Source of the DNA: Octopus sinensis
Lineage: Eukaryota
Reading direction: 5' to 3'
DNA length: 64,000 bases
Assembly: GCF_006345805.1 (NCBI RefSeq)
Contig: NC_042999.1
Coordinates: 10,850,001-10,914,000 of the forward strand
A program made the position numbers and the translations under genes. This document shows, one piece after another, positions 40,993-53,740 of the stretch. Position 1 is the stretch's first letter; every line of letters begins with the position of its first letter. The notes beneath the pieces were generated by a model that saw nothing but the letters and a program-made list of their open reading frames with translations, searched no databases and had not been told where the DNA came from.

Positions 40993-41639
40993 CACACACA
41001 TACACACATACGTTAAACATATATACACATACGTGTGTGTATGTGTGTGTGTGTGCATGCATGTATGCATTGTGTGTGCACGTCTACGTTCATGTTTGCT
41101 TTTGTCTTGACACTTTGTTGTAAACGTATGTCACTGTCATACAAGCAGGGTCATTCCTTCCCAATATTTTGTAGAAGCATGTTTGACCATTGGGGAAATA
41201 TTAACTTGCTTTGAAACAGGTTAAGGTTGGTGACAGGAAAGGCATCCTGCTGAAGAAAACTTCATCCAGGCCATACGAGCATCATTATAATAATCATCAT
41301 CATCATCATTGTTTAACATCCGGTTTTTTATGCTGGCATGGGTTAGATGGTTTGACACACAGCTGGCCAGCCAGGGAGCTGTCCAGACTCCAACTGTCTG
41401 TTGTGGCATGGTTTCTATGGCTGGACGAGGCCCTTCCTAATGCCAACCACTTTACAGAAAGTACAAAAGGTGCTTCTATGCAGTGCCAGCACAGGTGCAA
41501 TTTATGTGGCCCCAGGACCTGCTAAGGAAAAAGCCTGTACGTAGAGGAATATAGCAATTTTACTTTGCTTGACGCATCTTTTCAAGTACAGCAAATTGCC
41601 ACAAGCATGGAAAAGTAAATTCACTGAAGCAGCTGAAGA

Positions 41640-42432
41640 GGTAGACCCAGGAAAACCTGGGACGAGGTGGTGAAGCACGACCTTCGAACTTTAGGCCTCA
41701 CTGAGGAAATGACCAGCGACCGAGACCTTTGGAAATGTTCTGTACGTGAGAAGACCAGGCAGGACAAGTGAGCCCAGCCCACTTATGAATGCCTTTCCTC
41801 CCTTGGACACAAAGACCTGTTGGGGCAAGCGAAGTCGATATAGAACCTCATCCGACGACGGGCACCCATGCCAACCCCCCTTTGCTTGCGAAGACATGTT
41901 GGGGCAATCGAAATCGAAGTCAAAATCGAATTGAACCAGCCAGGATCCCTGGTCTGGTGGTACGTAAAAAGCACTATCTGACTCGTGGCCGATGCCAGCG
42001 CCGCCTTCACTGGCTTCTGTGCCGGTGGCACGTAAAATACACCAATCTGACCGTACGACAGGCACTCATGCCAACCCCCTTGCTTGCGAAGACATGTTGG
42101 GGCAAGCGAAATCGAATTGAACCAGCCAGGTTCCCTGGTCTGGTGGTACGTAAAAAGCACTATCCGACTCGTGGCCGATGCCAGCGCCGCCTCCACTGGC
42201 TTCCGTGCCGGTAGCACGTAAAATACACCAATCTGACCGTACAACAGGCACCCATGCCAACCCCCTTGCTTGCGAAGACATGTTGGGGCAAGCGAAATCG
42301 AAATCGAATTGAACCAGCCAGGATCCCTGGTCTGGTGGTATGTAAAAAGCACCATCCGACTCGTGGCCGATGCCAGCACCGCCTAGTCTGGCTTCTGTGC
42401 CGGTGGCACATAAAATACACCAATCCGACCGT
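41640..42432 (+). mobile_element. RTE ORF end followed by three ~186-200-bp tandem 3' UTR units
   Basis: RGRPRKTWDEVVKHDLRTLGLTEEMT at 41640; units start at ~41861, 42061 and 42247. Confidence 0.85.
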
Positions 42433-42436
42433 GGAG

Positions 42437-42765
42437 AAAATCAGGTGTAGTGTTGGCGAATCTCAGGAAGCATGGAAGTTTTGAAGGATGCAGTGCTCCA
42501 ACAACTAACAACTGATGCCAGCAGTCTGTTCCATGCTTAAGAAACTCTTAGCATGAAAAAATGTTTCCGAAAGTCATGGAAGGAGCTGTGCTGTTTTCTG
42601 ACTTTGTAAACATGTCCACGGGTGTTAGACAGGTGGAGTTTGAAAAGGTGCTCAGCGTTATTGTTTGTAAGATGGTTAATAATTTTATGGGTGTCTGCCA
42701 AGTCTGCTGCCAGACGTTGGAGTTTCAATGTATCCATGCCCAGGGAAGTAAGGTGTTCAGAATAT
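42437..42765 (-). mobile_element. CR1-clade LINE 3' fragment
   Basis: LGMDTLKLQRLAADL...TRGHVYKVRKQHSSFHDFRKHFF; same family as 7790-10075. Confidence 0.85.
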
Positions 42766-43371
42766 GACTGGACACCCTTCCTGCTGCCAACCCTCATTTG
42801 TTTCCAAGCAAAGTAATACTTCCTTGTGGCTGGGCATGTTTTCACAGATGATTGAAAACAAACAACACTGCTTGCATCATGATGATATATGTCTATAGAT
42901 TATTGCATAATGTGAAGACATGTAGACACAAACACACACATGATGGGCTTCTTTCATTTTCTCTCTACCAAATCCATCCACAATGCCTTGGTCAACCGAA
43001 AGTCATCTGACCAAAATGCTATACTGTGACACTGAACCAAAAACTACAAGTTCAGGAAGTGAATTTCTTAACCATACAGCCATGCCTTTACTGGTCTGAA
43101 TAATGTTATATACTTTCAATCTGTAGTTACTTTCTTTATCTATGCAGTGGTCATCAAATTTTTCCATTTAACATAATTTTTAATATTTTTCTGCATACAT
43201 ATTCATTTTAATACTTAGTCTTCAAATAACAGGTTTTCAAATAAACTCACACCCATGTAATTAGTTTGTTTTCAACATAATTTGTTTTCCTTGAATAATT
43301 ATTTTGTTTTCCTACCCCCAACACCTTACTTCATAAATAACCTCCCACTGAATAGATTTCCTGTTGCTTAC

Positions 43372-43443
43372 CTGACTTTAGATGTTCCAATGTTCTGAAT
43401 GGAACCACAGTAGTCTTGACTTTTGTCAACATGTTGCAGTAAA
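43372..43443 (-). CDS. Candidate 72-nt upstream exon of ARHGAP39 (LLQHVDKSQDYCGSIQNIGTSKV-R)
   Basis: Strong acceptor CTTTTCATTTCATTTCGTTTCATCTAG| and donor CAG|GTAAGC; phase 2-2, open and in frame with the 12199-12300 exon. No homology evidence. Confidence 0.55.
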
Positions 43444-45584
43444 CTAGATGAAACGAAATGAAATGAAAAGAACATAGTTATTAAAATAGAAAATACATTA
43501 ATCACAATTTCTTCAAAAACAGTTTTCTTTCAAGTACATATTAAAGACAAAAAAACTGTAATATTTAAAGAAAGCAAGAAAAAAGAAACTCTTATTATTT
43601 TAAATTTAATTTTTTTAAAGAATTGTTCCTGAAAACTGATTCTCACATATCCTACATTTCTGACCCCACCACCCCACCCTAAAGATCAATTAGCCCATTG
43701 TTCTAGAATGTTGTGTATGGTATTACAAATTCAATCATTATAAAATTAAAATGTTCCCATGTACTAAGAGAACACTAGACTTATGAGATTCATTAGTTCC
43801 TTCAATTTACTCAATCTGCAATTAATTAAAAAGAAATTAAATAGTAATAATAATGTGAAAATATAGTAAATATGCAAATGATTAGTTAAATTTAGCCTTA
43901 TGGGTTGAAGTACTTTCTTATTCAAAAGGTTGTAACGTGTAAAAGAAAGGAGTTTTAAATAATGCTAATAGTGGGAAAGTCAAAGTTTGATTATTCCCAA
44001 ATAAGAACTAAGACTTGCTGGCATTGTGTCTTATTTCAAACTGGCTGGTTGGTCGGTTGGTAGTGAAATATTTATTCAAAACTAATCTCTCTAAACTACA
44101 AAAGAGAATATGGTGCCATAAAAGAATTTCTTTCTTTCTTTTCTTATAAAATTACTTTTTTTTTTTTTTTTGGTAGTGGGGTTAAGAACTTTTATATTTT
44201 TGCCTAACTTCATAGCATTTTAATTTTCATTCAAAAATTTGCTTGATGTTAACGAAGGTTGAGCAACCATCAGATGTCATCAGTAAAGATATTTGTTGAT
44301 GATGGAACTGTGAAAGAAATCTTATCTGATAAAAGAAACTATTTCTAACTTCTTAAATTTTAGACATGAAAATCTATAAAAGAGAATCTTTTTCTAAGCC
44401 AGTGACATTTACACAGGATTTATGTAGCACACACATTCTAGGTTAGAGATAATGCTGTCTAATTGATAGCAATAAATGTCTTCCTTTGTTAAAACATTTA
44501 ATCTATTTTAGCAGTTAATAACTTTACACTGAATGACCTTTCTTAAAAATCAACATCTTTCCAATAAGATGGATGGAAAATACACTGCCTGCACTCCCTA
44601 AAGTTTCCCTAAATACCCACACAAACTCACTCCTTTAAATAGCACTAACACTAGTTAAGAGGGCTGGTTCAAATAAAATCTCCAGCATAGCATCCCTGTT
44701 ACTAGTCTAGGTTCCAAATATGTCAGCTGTGCTAACAACATCTTCATCACATGGAAGCAGATGAAAACCTATGATGACAATTATTTTTAAAAGAACAATT
44801 TCTTAAAACAACTTTCCTTTGTCCTGCTTTTTCTGTCTTTTCCATATGTGTGCATGTGTGTGTGTGTGTGATGGGGGGTCTCTGTATGTGTGTGATGGGG
44901 GTCTCTGTATGTGTGTGTACATGTATTTGTAAGCAAAAGCTAGAAGGTATTCCGAGAGACTTTTCTATGTTAATTGCTCTTTGTCATTAAATTGAAGATG
45001 GCTCCTCCCATTAACAGTCATCCCAGTCCTACCTAAAATAATGTTCATCTTTTATCATTGACATAAAAGTTGTGCTTAATCAAAGTTGATATTGGTGAGT
45101 GACCATAGTCCAGAAAGTAGGCAATCAAATGAACAAACACTGGATTCTACACCAAAAACTCCACAAGACAACAGAAATGCAGGCTATGGAAAACTATTTT
45201 AACATTAATTAGGGCAAAAGATTGTTGACTTTAGAAATTAAAGACAAAACTAGAAACAGCAACCATCTCCATATAAACAAACAACACTGCTTTCATTTCC
45301 AGGCATCGATCTACAGCTAATAAATAAAGCTTTGCAAAGCAATACAAAACTTGTGGTAGAATATGAAGATAAACTTTTTCATTGAACATATTCTTGTTGA
45401 AATAACTTTGTTTCAATTGCGAAAATAATTCTTTTATTCTTATATATGTTTCAGCCATGCTGGGGCACCGCCTTTAGTCAAACAAATCGACCCGAGGACT
45501 TATTCTTTATAAGCTTAGTACTTATCTTATCAGTCTCTTTTACCGTGACATAAACACACCAACATCGGACAACACAGACCACAC

Positions 45585-45991
45585 AAACATATACATATAT
45601 ATATATACAATATTATACTATACATATATACTTACATAATACATATATACATATACATATATATATATACATATACAGATACATATATACATATAATATA
45701 CATATATATATATATATACTATATACATATATATATATATACATAATACATATATATACATATATACACAAATATACATATATATACATATATACACATA
45801 TATCATATATATACATATACACTATATATACATATATACATATATACATATATATACATATATACATATATATACATATGTACATATATATTATATATAT
45901 GTACATATATATATATATATATACATTATATATATATATATACATATATACATATATATACATATATACATATATATACATATATACTATT

Positions 45992-46024
<33 letters not shown>

Positions 46025-46405
46025 TATAATACATATATATCATATATACTATATATACATATATACATATATATACATATGTACCATATATATATATATG
46101 TACGTATATAGATATATACATTATACATATATATACCTATACTATATATACATATATACATATATATACATATATACATATATATACATATATACATATA
46201 TATACATATATCATATATATACATATTACATATATATACATATATACATATATATACATATATATATATATATACATATATATACTATATATACATATAT
46301 TATACATATATATACATATATATATATATACATATATATATATAATATACATATATACATATAATACATATATACTATATATACATATTACAATATATAT
46401 ACATA
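45585..46405. repeat. ~820-bp degenerate (TA)n/(TATACA)n microsatellite field
   Basis: Almost only A/T with interspersed C; source of the spurious YI-rich ORFs. Confidence 0.95.
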
Positions 46406-46409
46406 TGCT

Positions 46410-47804
46410 ACAAGCCATATGCTACAAATGTGTCCCAGAGAGAAAGGCACTGTACACAAGAACAAAATCCCCAGAGAGAGGAAAATTTTAATGAGACGGC
46501 GTACGAAATTTTCAAATCGCCTAAACAAACAGATTGAAAGCAGTGAAAAGTCCCGCCTAAAAATAAAACTGTTGGAAATCGAAAATGTCTGCAACTCTCC
46601 CATGAAAAAGAAAGAGCAGACAAAGAAGCCTGGGCTATAGAAAACATAAAATCTAACCCCAGAGCTTTCTACAGGTATGCCAAAGAAACAGCTACAGTGC
46701 ACTGTAGAATAGGGCCACTCCTCGAAAAGGATGGCACACTTACAGGAAAACCAATGAGTAAGTGAAATACTGAATGAGCAATTCAAGAGTGTTTTCACTC
46801 CACCCTTGGGCATCTCCAAATCATCAATCCAACTGACTTTTTTACCACTGCAGATATAAAATCAGAGGCGGCGACGATAGATTACATCGATATAAAGGAA
46901 ACGATGTAACCAAGGCTATAGATGAAATGAAAACAGACTCAGCTACTGGCCCCGATGGATTCCCGGCAATCTCCTAAAAGCATATAAGAGAGTCCTAGCA
47001 AGACCACTGCAGTTCCTCTTTCAGAGCTTCTTGCAGCTGGCACTTCTCCAGGAAAACTGAAGGAAGGTAAAATATTCCCCATTCATAAAGGAGGTAGCAG
47101 AGCGGAAGTCAAGAACATAACCTATCTCTCGACCTCACACATCAGCAAGGTCATGGAACGAATAGTCAGAAGGAAGCTGATCACCTTCTTGAAGAGAATG
47201 ACTTGCTGCCCGACACCCAACATGGTTTCCGACCAGGGAGAAGCTGTTTAACTCAGCTCCTACAACACTATGACTGGGTGCTGAAACGGCTGCTCAACCA
47301 CTCAAATGTGGAAGTCATATATCTCGACTTTGCAAAGGCCTTGATAAAGTCGATCATGGAATGATATGTCACAAACTGCGTGATCTCAACATAGTTGGAA
47401 AACTGGGAGAATGGCTTCATGACTTTCTGAAGGATAGAAGTCAGGTGGTAGTAGCCAATGGGGCCACCTCCATTACACACAAATAGTGAGCGGTGTTCGC
47501 AGGGCACTGTTCTGGGACCACTACTGTTCATAATGGCCCTCTCAGACATGCCCTCAGCCACGCAGAGAGCCACGATCACAAGTTATGCAGATGATACAAA
47601 AGTTTCACAGGCAATAAAGACCCTGAGGACACTAACATCTGCAATGTGAGCTGGACGAAATATACAAGTGGGCTGAAAAGAATAGCATGCAGTTCAATGC
47701 TGGAAAGTTTCAAGCTTTATACTATCAGCATGCAAAACTGAATGCAATACCCAATGAATACACTGGACCCGGAGGGACTGCAATCCCAGAGGCACAATCA
47801 GTGC
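46410..47804 (+). mobile_element. Second CR1-clade LINE family, RT region with many frameshifts, cut by an assembly gap
   Basis: Motifs RAFYRYAK, GPDGFP, QHGFRPGRSCLTQLL, YLDFAKA, QGTVLGPLLF, SYADDTKV, MQFNAGKF. Confidence 0.9.
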
Positions 47805-47904
47805 NNNNNNNNNNNNNNNNNNNNNNNNNNNNNNNNNNNNNNNNNNNNNNNNNNNNNNNNNNNNNNNNNNNNNNNNNNNNNNNNNNNNNNNNNNNNNNNN
47901 NNNN
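47805..47904. other. Assembly gap (100 N)
   Basis: Run of N. Confidence 1.
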
Positions 47905-48369
47905 ATTTTGTCATATTAAACTGGCGTCTGGAACATGACAAAATTTTAATAGAAATTTTTTATTCAGTTCATTTAAAACCAGAAGTTTGTGTCATAGAAC
48001 CAGGGACAGTCTTGGATTAAGGAAAGAAAGAGAAAGGTTGATGGGAATTACTTGCAAATCAATTAGTCTGTTTTCTGTAGTTTTTAGCTCAAACATATTA
48101 AAGTCATATATTTCATATTTATTTAACTATGAGTTTTATAACTGTTATAACTGAGTCAAATTCCAGTTATGCCAATAGTATATAGAGAATTGTAAATACT
48201 ATGTTTTGTGAAAGATAGAAATATTACAGTAAAATACAGAGATAAGGAAACAAAATATTTCAACACCAGATTGTTGAAGTGCAGAGGAATCAGATAGGTT
48301 TCTAATGATATATGTTGAGGGATTTTGGTAAGATATCTTAGATAAAATTTCTTTTACAAAGCTCATCCA

Positions 48370-48405
<36 letters not shown>

Positions 48406-48560
48406 GTATGCGTAGGTAGGTCAGTTTGCTTCCTAACCACATGGTTTCAGGTTCAGTCCAACTGCATGGCACACTGGGCAGATCTTATAACTCTGGGCTC
48501 ACCCAAGCCATGTGAGTGGATTTGATAAATGGAAACTGAGAGCCTGTTGTATGATTGTAT

Positions 48561-48605
<45 letters not shown>

Positions 48606-48939
48606 TGTGTGTGTGTGTGTGTTTGCAAGAATGATTTGTTTCCTTGTGTTTCACTTTCTTGTTTGTAAACCAAAGTATTGTAAACCAAAGTATTGTTTGT
48701 ATCCCATAAGCTTGCCCAAGCTATTTATTATTTGAGAGACTAGGAGATTATTTCCAACTTCCAAATAGGGGAAAGTTAGTGACAGGGAGGGTATTTAGCT
48801 GTAAAAATCTTTGCCCAAACATACTCTTGCCCAACTCCTGCAAGCATAGGAAAGTAGGTGTTAAAATGAAGATGATGATCATTCGTTTTCGTATTCATGT
48901 TGTTTACTGTTGGTGACATCCTGTACCCGGCCAGACTCT

Positions 48940-49430
48940 CCTGGCACGTAAAAAGCACCCACTACACTTGCGGAGTGGTTGGCATTAGGAAGGGCATCCA
49001 GCTGTAGAAACACTGCCAGATCAGACTGGCGCCTGGTGCAGCCCCTGGCTTCCCAGACCCTGGTCGAACCGTCCAACCCATGCTAGCATGGAAAACGGAC
49101 GTTAAACGATGATGATGATGATATATATATATAGATATCTGAACGTGGCCGATGCCAGCGCCGCCTTGACTGGCTTCCGTGTCGGTGGCACGTAAAAAGC
49201 ACCAACCGATCATGGCCATTGCCAGCCTCGCCTGGCACCTGTGCTGGTGGCACGTAAAAAGCACCCACTACACTCACAGAGTGGTTGGCGTTAGGAAGGG
49301 CATCCAGCTGTAGAAACACTGCCAGATCAAGATTGGAGCCTGGTGCAACCTTCTGGCTTCCCAGACCCCGGTCGAACCGTTCAACCCATGCTAGCATGGA
49401 AAGCGGATTCTAAACGATGATGATGATGAT
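48940..49430 (+). mobile_element. Two tandem RTE 3' tails
   Basis: The tail core plus (GAT)n occurs at 48940-49120 and again at 49140-49430. Confidence 0.85.
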
Positions 49431-51072
49431 ATATATATTTATTTATAGAAGTGGGGGCGATAACTTTTAGCTAGTATGTTTCAAGACTTTTTACAGAATT
49501 AGAATTTCAGAGATGCCTATGACCTAGCAGTTGTTGGTATGAAGCATAATGTAATTATAGTCTTGTTGTCTGAAGCAAGAGGGACGTGAAATGCTCAGCA
49601 CAGCAAAATAGTTCGAAAGATCGAATTAATTTACAGAGAAGTGGTGAATGTATAGATTAATTTCAGCAGCACTGTGCTTATGAAAAGAAAAGAATGAGAG
49701 TTTCATACTCAGAAAATGCTCAAGAATTGTGGAAAGAGTCAGGTTGTTCTCAAAGCAAAGACAAAATATCAAATAAGCAATGAAATAGTGAATACTAAAA
49801 CTGCCATAAAACACTTGAGTGCAAAAACAGATCTGCCCCAATGATTCCGAATGGCCATGGGTGGAATTAGTCACTCAAATATTTTCTCAGGAAATAGATT
49901 CATCTCAAAGACCACCAACTGCTCCAAGGGGAAGGATAATATGCTTGAGAGATTACTAAAACTAATCATGAAAGATAATACACATAGTAGAGAACATTAA
50001 AATGACTGTTAGACTCATTAGGATAGAAATATGAACTTTCTAATTTTTTTTTATAGTATCTCTCTAATGTGATATCATTGTTGATGTAGGTATTTAGTGA
50101 AAGTAAAATGAAAAAGTCGTTTTTTTTTTATGGAGGGAGGGTGCTAAACTTTGACAATATTTTATGCTTTGCTTCTACTGGTGGATAATTAAAAAGTAAG
50201 ATTTGGTTCAGTGACTAAGATATTTGCTAAACCCTACTATGAAAGTGCTAAGGAATTTTTAATTTTGGAAGGCAAGCATAAAAGAGTTCATCCCAGTTCT
50301 TTTTCCTTCTGAAAACAATGGAAGTTGCTTTATACAGAATAGTTTGATTTTACCATAAGAAATTCAAAAAAGTTTTGAAGCAAAGAAGTAAACTTGAGTT
50401 AAAACATACGTTCAGTAACTTCTATTCACAGCCCAACAATGAGTGATTGATTAAAAATGTTGGGAAAAGCTGAAGAGAAAGGTCATCATTTTATGTCCAC
50501 TCTCCATGCTGGCATACATTGGATGGATGATGACAAGCAGAGACAGCATGTACTTGAGGAGGCTGCTTAGATGGATCAGAAGACCTCATCTTGAGTTTCA
50601 TTTTCGATTTGGTTTCTAAGGTTGGATGCCCTTTCTAACACCAACCACTTTACAAAGTTTATGGGGAAAGTGCACTAGCTGTCATGTGCTTGACAAGACT
50701 AAAGAAACAACATTATTATAGTGTTACTTCAAAAATAAGATAAACCTGATCTAAGAAATATGGATAAGACAGGTTCCTTTGCAAGTGACTAGTTTTAATC
50801 TCATTACACAACACACACCATCATTGCTTTTTAATGTCCACTTTTCCATGTTCACATAGGTCAGATGAAATTTGTTGAGGTAGATTTTCTACAGCATGAT
50901 GCTCTTCCTGTCACCAACCCTCACCTGTTTTCAAGTAAAGTAATATTTCCCCCTGGCTGGACATGTTTTTACAGAAGATTGGAAATGAAGAACATTGCCT
51001 ATATGATAAGGATACTTATTTACAACCACCAGATGATGTCAAAGTTAGAAAACACTAAAACACACACATATT

Positions 51073-51117
<45 letters not shown>

Positions 51118-51924
51118 CAGGCTTCTTTTAGTTTCTATTACTAAATCCACTCACAATGCTTTGGTTGGCCTTGGGAAAAGGGCTATAGTAGAAGACACTT
51201 ACCCAAGATGCCATGGAGTGGCAATGAACTCAAAACCATGCCTGCATCTATATTTTATCTTGATAGATTCATTTAAAAAAAGGCATAATCTAAAATCTAA
51301 TTAGATACTGTATGAATTTTCCAATAGCATATCATTTTGCTGTTTTGTCAACAGTAACACCTGTATTGGGTTAAGACCTTCTAAAGGTGTCACTGCAGAC
51401 ATTTCACTTAACATTTTTGTAGTGTTTATTCTTTAGTTGTGCTCATGAGTTGCTATGTTCCATTATATTCTCAGATATGTCTTATATTTATGATTCATGA
51501 GGTGCATGTGGAACAGAGAAAAACCAAACAATGGTGTGTCTATTCATTCTTAACACATCCTGGAAAAAATCCAAACCTGAATACCTGATTAATGTTGGTT
51601 TTTTGTCCTCAGAGAACATCTCTTCCCTTTAAAAAATATGTGTCCATAACACACGCAATTCACCAGTGTAAAAGGACAGAGACACTGCAGTGTTTCATCC
51701 TTATTGTATGTCTCCTCAGTCAAAGCTACCCAGCCAGCAGACGACTAAGAAAAACAGACACTCTTGTTTATATAATTCAGCAAATAAATTATTTACTGAT
51801 GCATGCTGATGCCTGCCAAACAGATAATAATAATTCATGGGGTGCACACAGAACAGGAGGGAGAATCCAAGCAATGATGTGTCTATTTGTTCATAATACA
51901 CTCTGGCAAATTCAAACATGACTG

Positions 51925-52050
51925 TCTGATTGCTGTTGGTTTTCATCATCAGGACACACCTCCTCCTCCCTTGTGGGAGGAGTTCTCCAATTTCTATAAA
52001 CGGAATCTAAAAGGAGAAGGTGTTTGCTGATGACAAAAACAGCTATCAGA
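51925..52050. repeat. Imperfect inverted repeat (~40-bp arms) with an inner 8-bp hairpin
   Basis: TCTGATTGCTGTT..TCATCAG..ACACCTCCTCCT pairs with AGGAGAAGGTGT..CTGATGA..AACAGCTATCAGA; inner CTCCTCCC-TTGT-GGGAGGAG. Confidence 0.65.
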
Positions 52051-52223
52051 TACTCGTGACCAAATCTGCCAGAAAACAATGACAATGAATAGTTACCTTA
52101 TTGGAAACCTTATGGTATTTTAGATCTCTACGTGCTAAACTTCTGTTTTGTTTTTAGGACGTCTGAATATGTTGCATAAAGAAGTATCAAAAGGACAGAG
52201 GCGTATTATAAAAAGTAAAATAT

Positions 52224-52513
52224 AAAACAATTGCAGTGTGGAAGGTTTTTTATAAGCCATTTAAGAAACACACAAAAACCGTTAGATTCACTTCAACATT
52301 TAAATTTAATTTGTCAGTATATTTTCGTCGCTTTGAGACCGCGACCTGTTCACTGACAAAACTTTGTGCTGCATCTCCGTGTCAGTGAACAGGTCGCGGT
52401 CTCAAAGCAACGAAAATATTTTGGCAAATTAAATTTAAATGTGGAAGTGAATCTAACGGTTTTTGTGTGTTTCTTAAATGGCTTATAAACACCTTCCACG
52501 CTGCAATTGTTTT
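52224..52513. repeat. Long palindrome (arms 52224-52358 and 52380-52513, 21-nt spacer); probable inverted Penelope-like pseudo-LTRs
   Basis: The arms are reverse complements with about 8 differences over ~135 bp. Confidence 0.92.
52380..52426 (+). ncRNA. Minimal type-I hammerhead ribozyme-like motif, G3-C8 variant core (mirror copy 52312-52358 on the minus strand)
   Basis: TGTCA|GTGAACA|G|GTCGC-GGTCTCAAA-GC(A/G)AC|GAA|AATATT|T|TG(G/A)CA = helix I, core, helix II, GAA, palindromic helix III, cleavage nucleotide, helix I. Confidence 0.55.
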
Positions 52514-53690
52514 CGTTCCAGCACACGATCTCAGATCAAGTCACTCGCTATGCAAGTACATCTCCATAAAAGATAAGACATAAAAGAAAAAGGTACCGAA
52601 TGAATTAATAGACTCAGTATCGATCTTGGTCATTGATGCAGTCAAATAAACAACCGTCGTGATTGCAGTAAAAAGATACGTTAATGAAATAACAGCTTAA
52701 CTGGCCAAAAATAATATGCTTCTCATATAAAATTGTTTTTGACTTACATTTGGAGTCAATAGTTATTATTAACACATCTGACAAAATGTGGATAATTCCA
52801 ATAAACTGTTTTCATTTCTTTTCTAAATGTTCTAACCATTTTCCAAACTAATTTGTTATTACTTCATTTTTGTATATGGTTTGCAAGATTCTTAATGTGA
52901 AATTATGTATTGAAATAAATGTTGTTCTATTTTGGTAGGGTCATTATGCCAATAAGAAACACATACACTGGTCCTGTTTCACTTCTTTATTATTTGTCAA
53001 CTAGTTAACCATTCAACCAATTAACTAATTAATTAGTTCTAGGTTACAAACTTTTGGCTTGACAGTGATCTAAATTAAAGCCTATCAAAATTTCCTGTTA
53101 ATTCCAAATACAAGCTTAATAATGACAAAGTTATTTTATTATATCCTTAATTATATTATTCAAATTAATAGAAACAAAAAGTATTTCAAGAGAAATATGG
53201 TAATGAAAGGTTAAAGCAGATAAATAACTCTTATGTTCTTTAATGCCTTCTATTTTAATAAACTTTATACAAATTAAAGCCCTCAAATATAACTTTTACT
53301 TAAAAGTCAGCATTTGCTAGACACCTCACAGCTATTCCTTTCTACACTAACACACAAACTTGATCATAACCTAATTACTAGGGACATAAAATATTTCTCC
53401 CATGTCTTTTCATATTTCATTAATCAGGTTTTAATTAGATATCACAGTCACTTTAATTATTGTTTTTATCGAACTATACACTCTATCGCTCTTTGAAATC
53501 TTTATGACACGTAATAGTGCTTTTCTCCTTCGTGCATCTTAGCTCAGTTTCATTTTCACAGCAATTGCTTTTATATTAATTATTCCATTCCATCATTAAT
53601 GGGATTGGTTATAAAATTTTGGATGCTTTTACGGCTATACATTTCCTCATGTTAACCACTAAGGTACTCCTTTCTTTAAAAGCTGACTAT

Positions 53691-53740
<50 letters not shown>

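Noticed and set aside
45613-46418. Long Y/I/M-rich ORFs
   Set aside because: Translations of the (TA)n/(TATACA)n microsatellite.
52748-52777. 30-nt exon-like segment (TTTTGTCAG|...|GTAAGT) on the minus strand
   Set aside because: Stop codon in the phase 2-2 frame; only the incompatible phase 1-1 frame is open.
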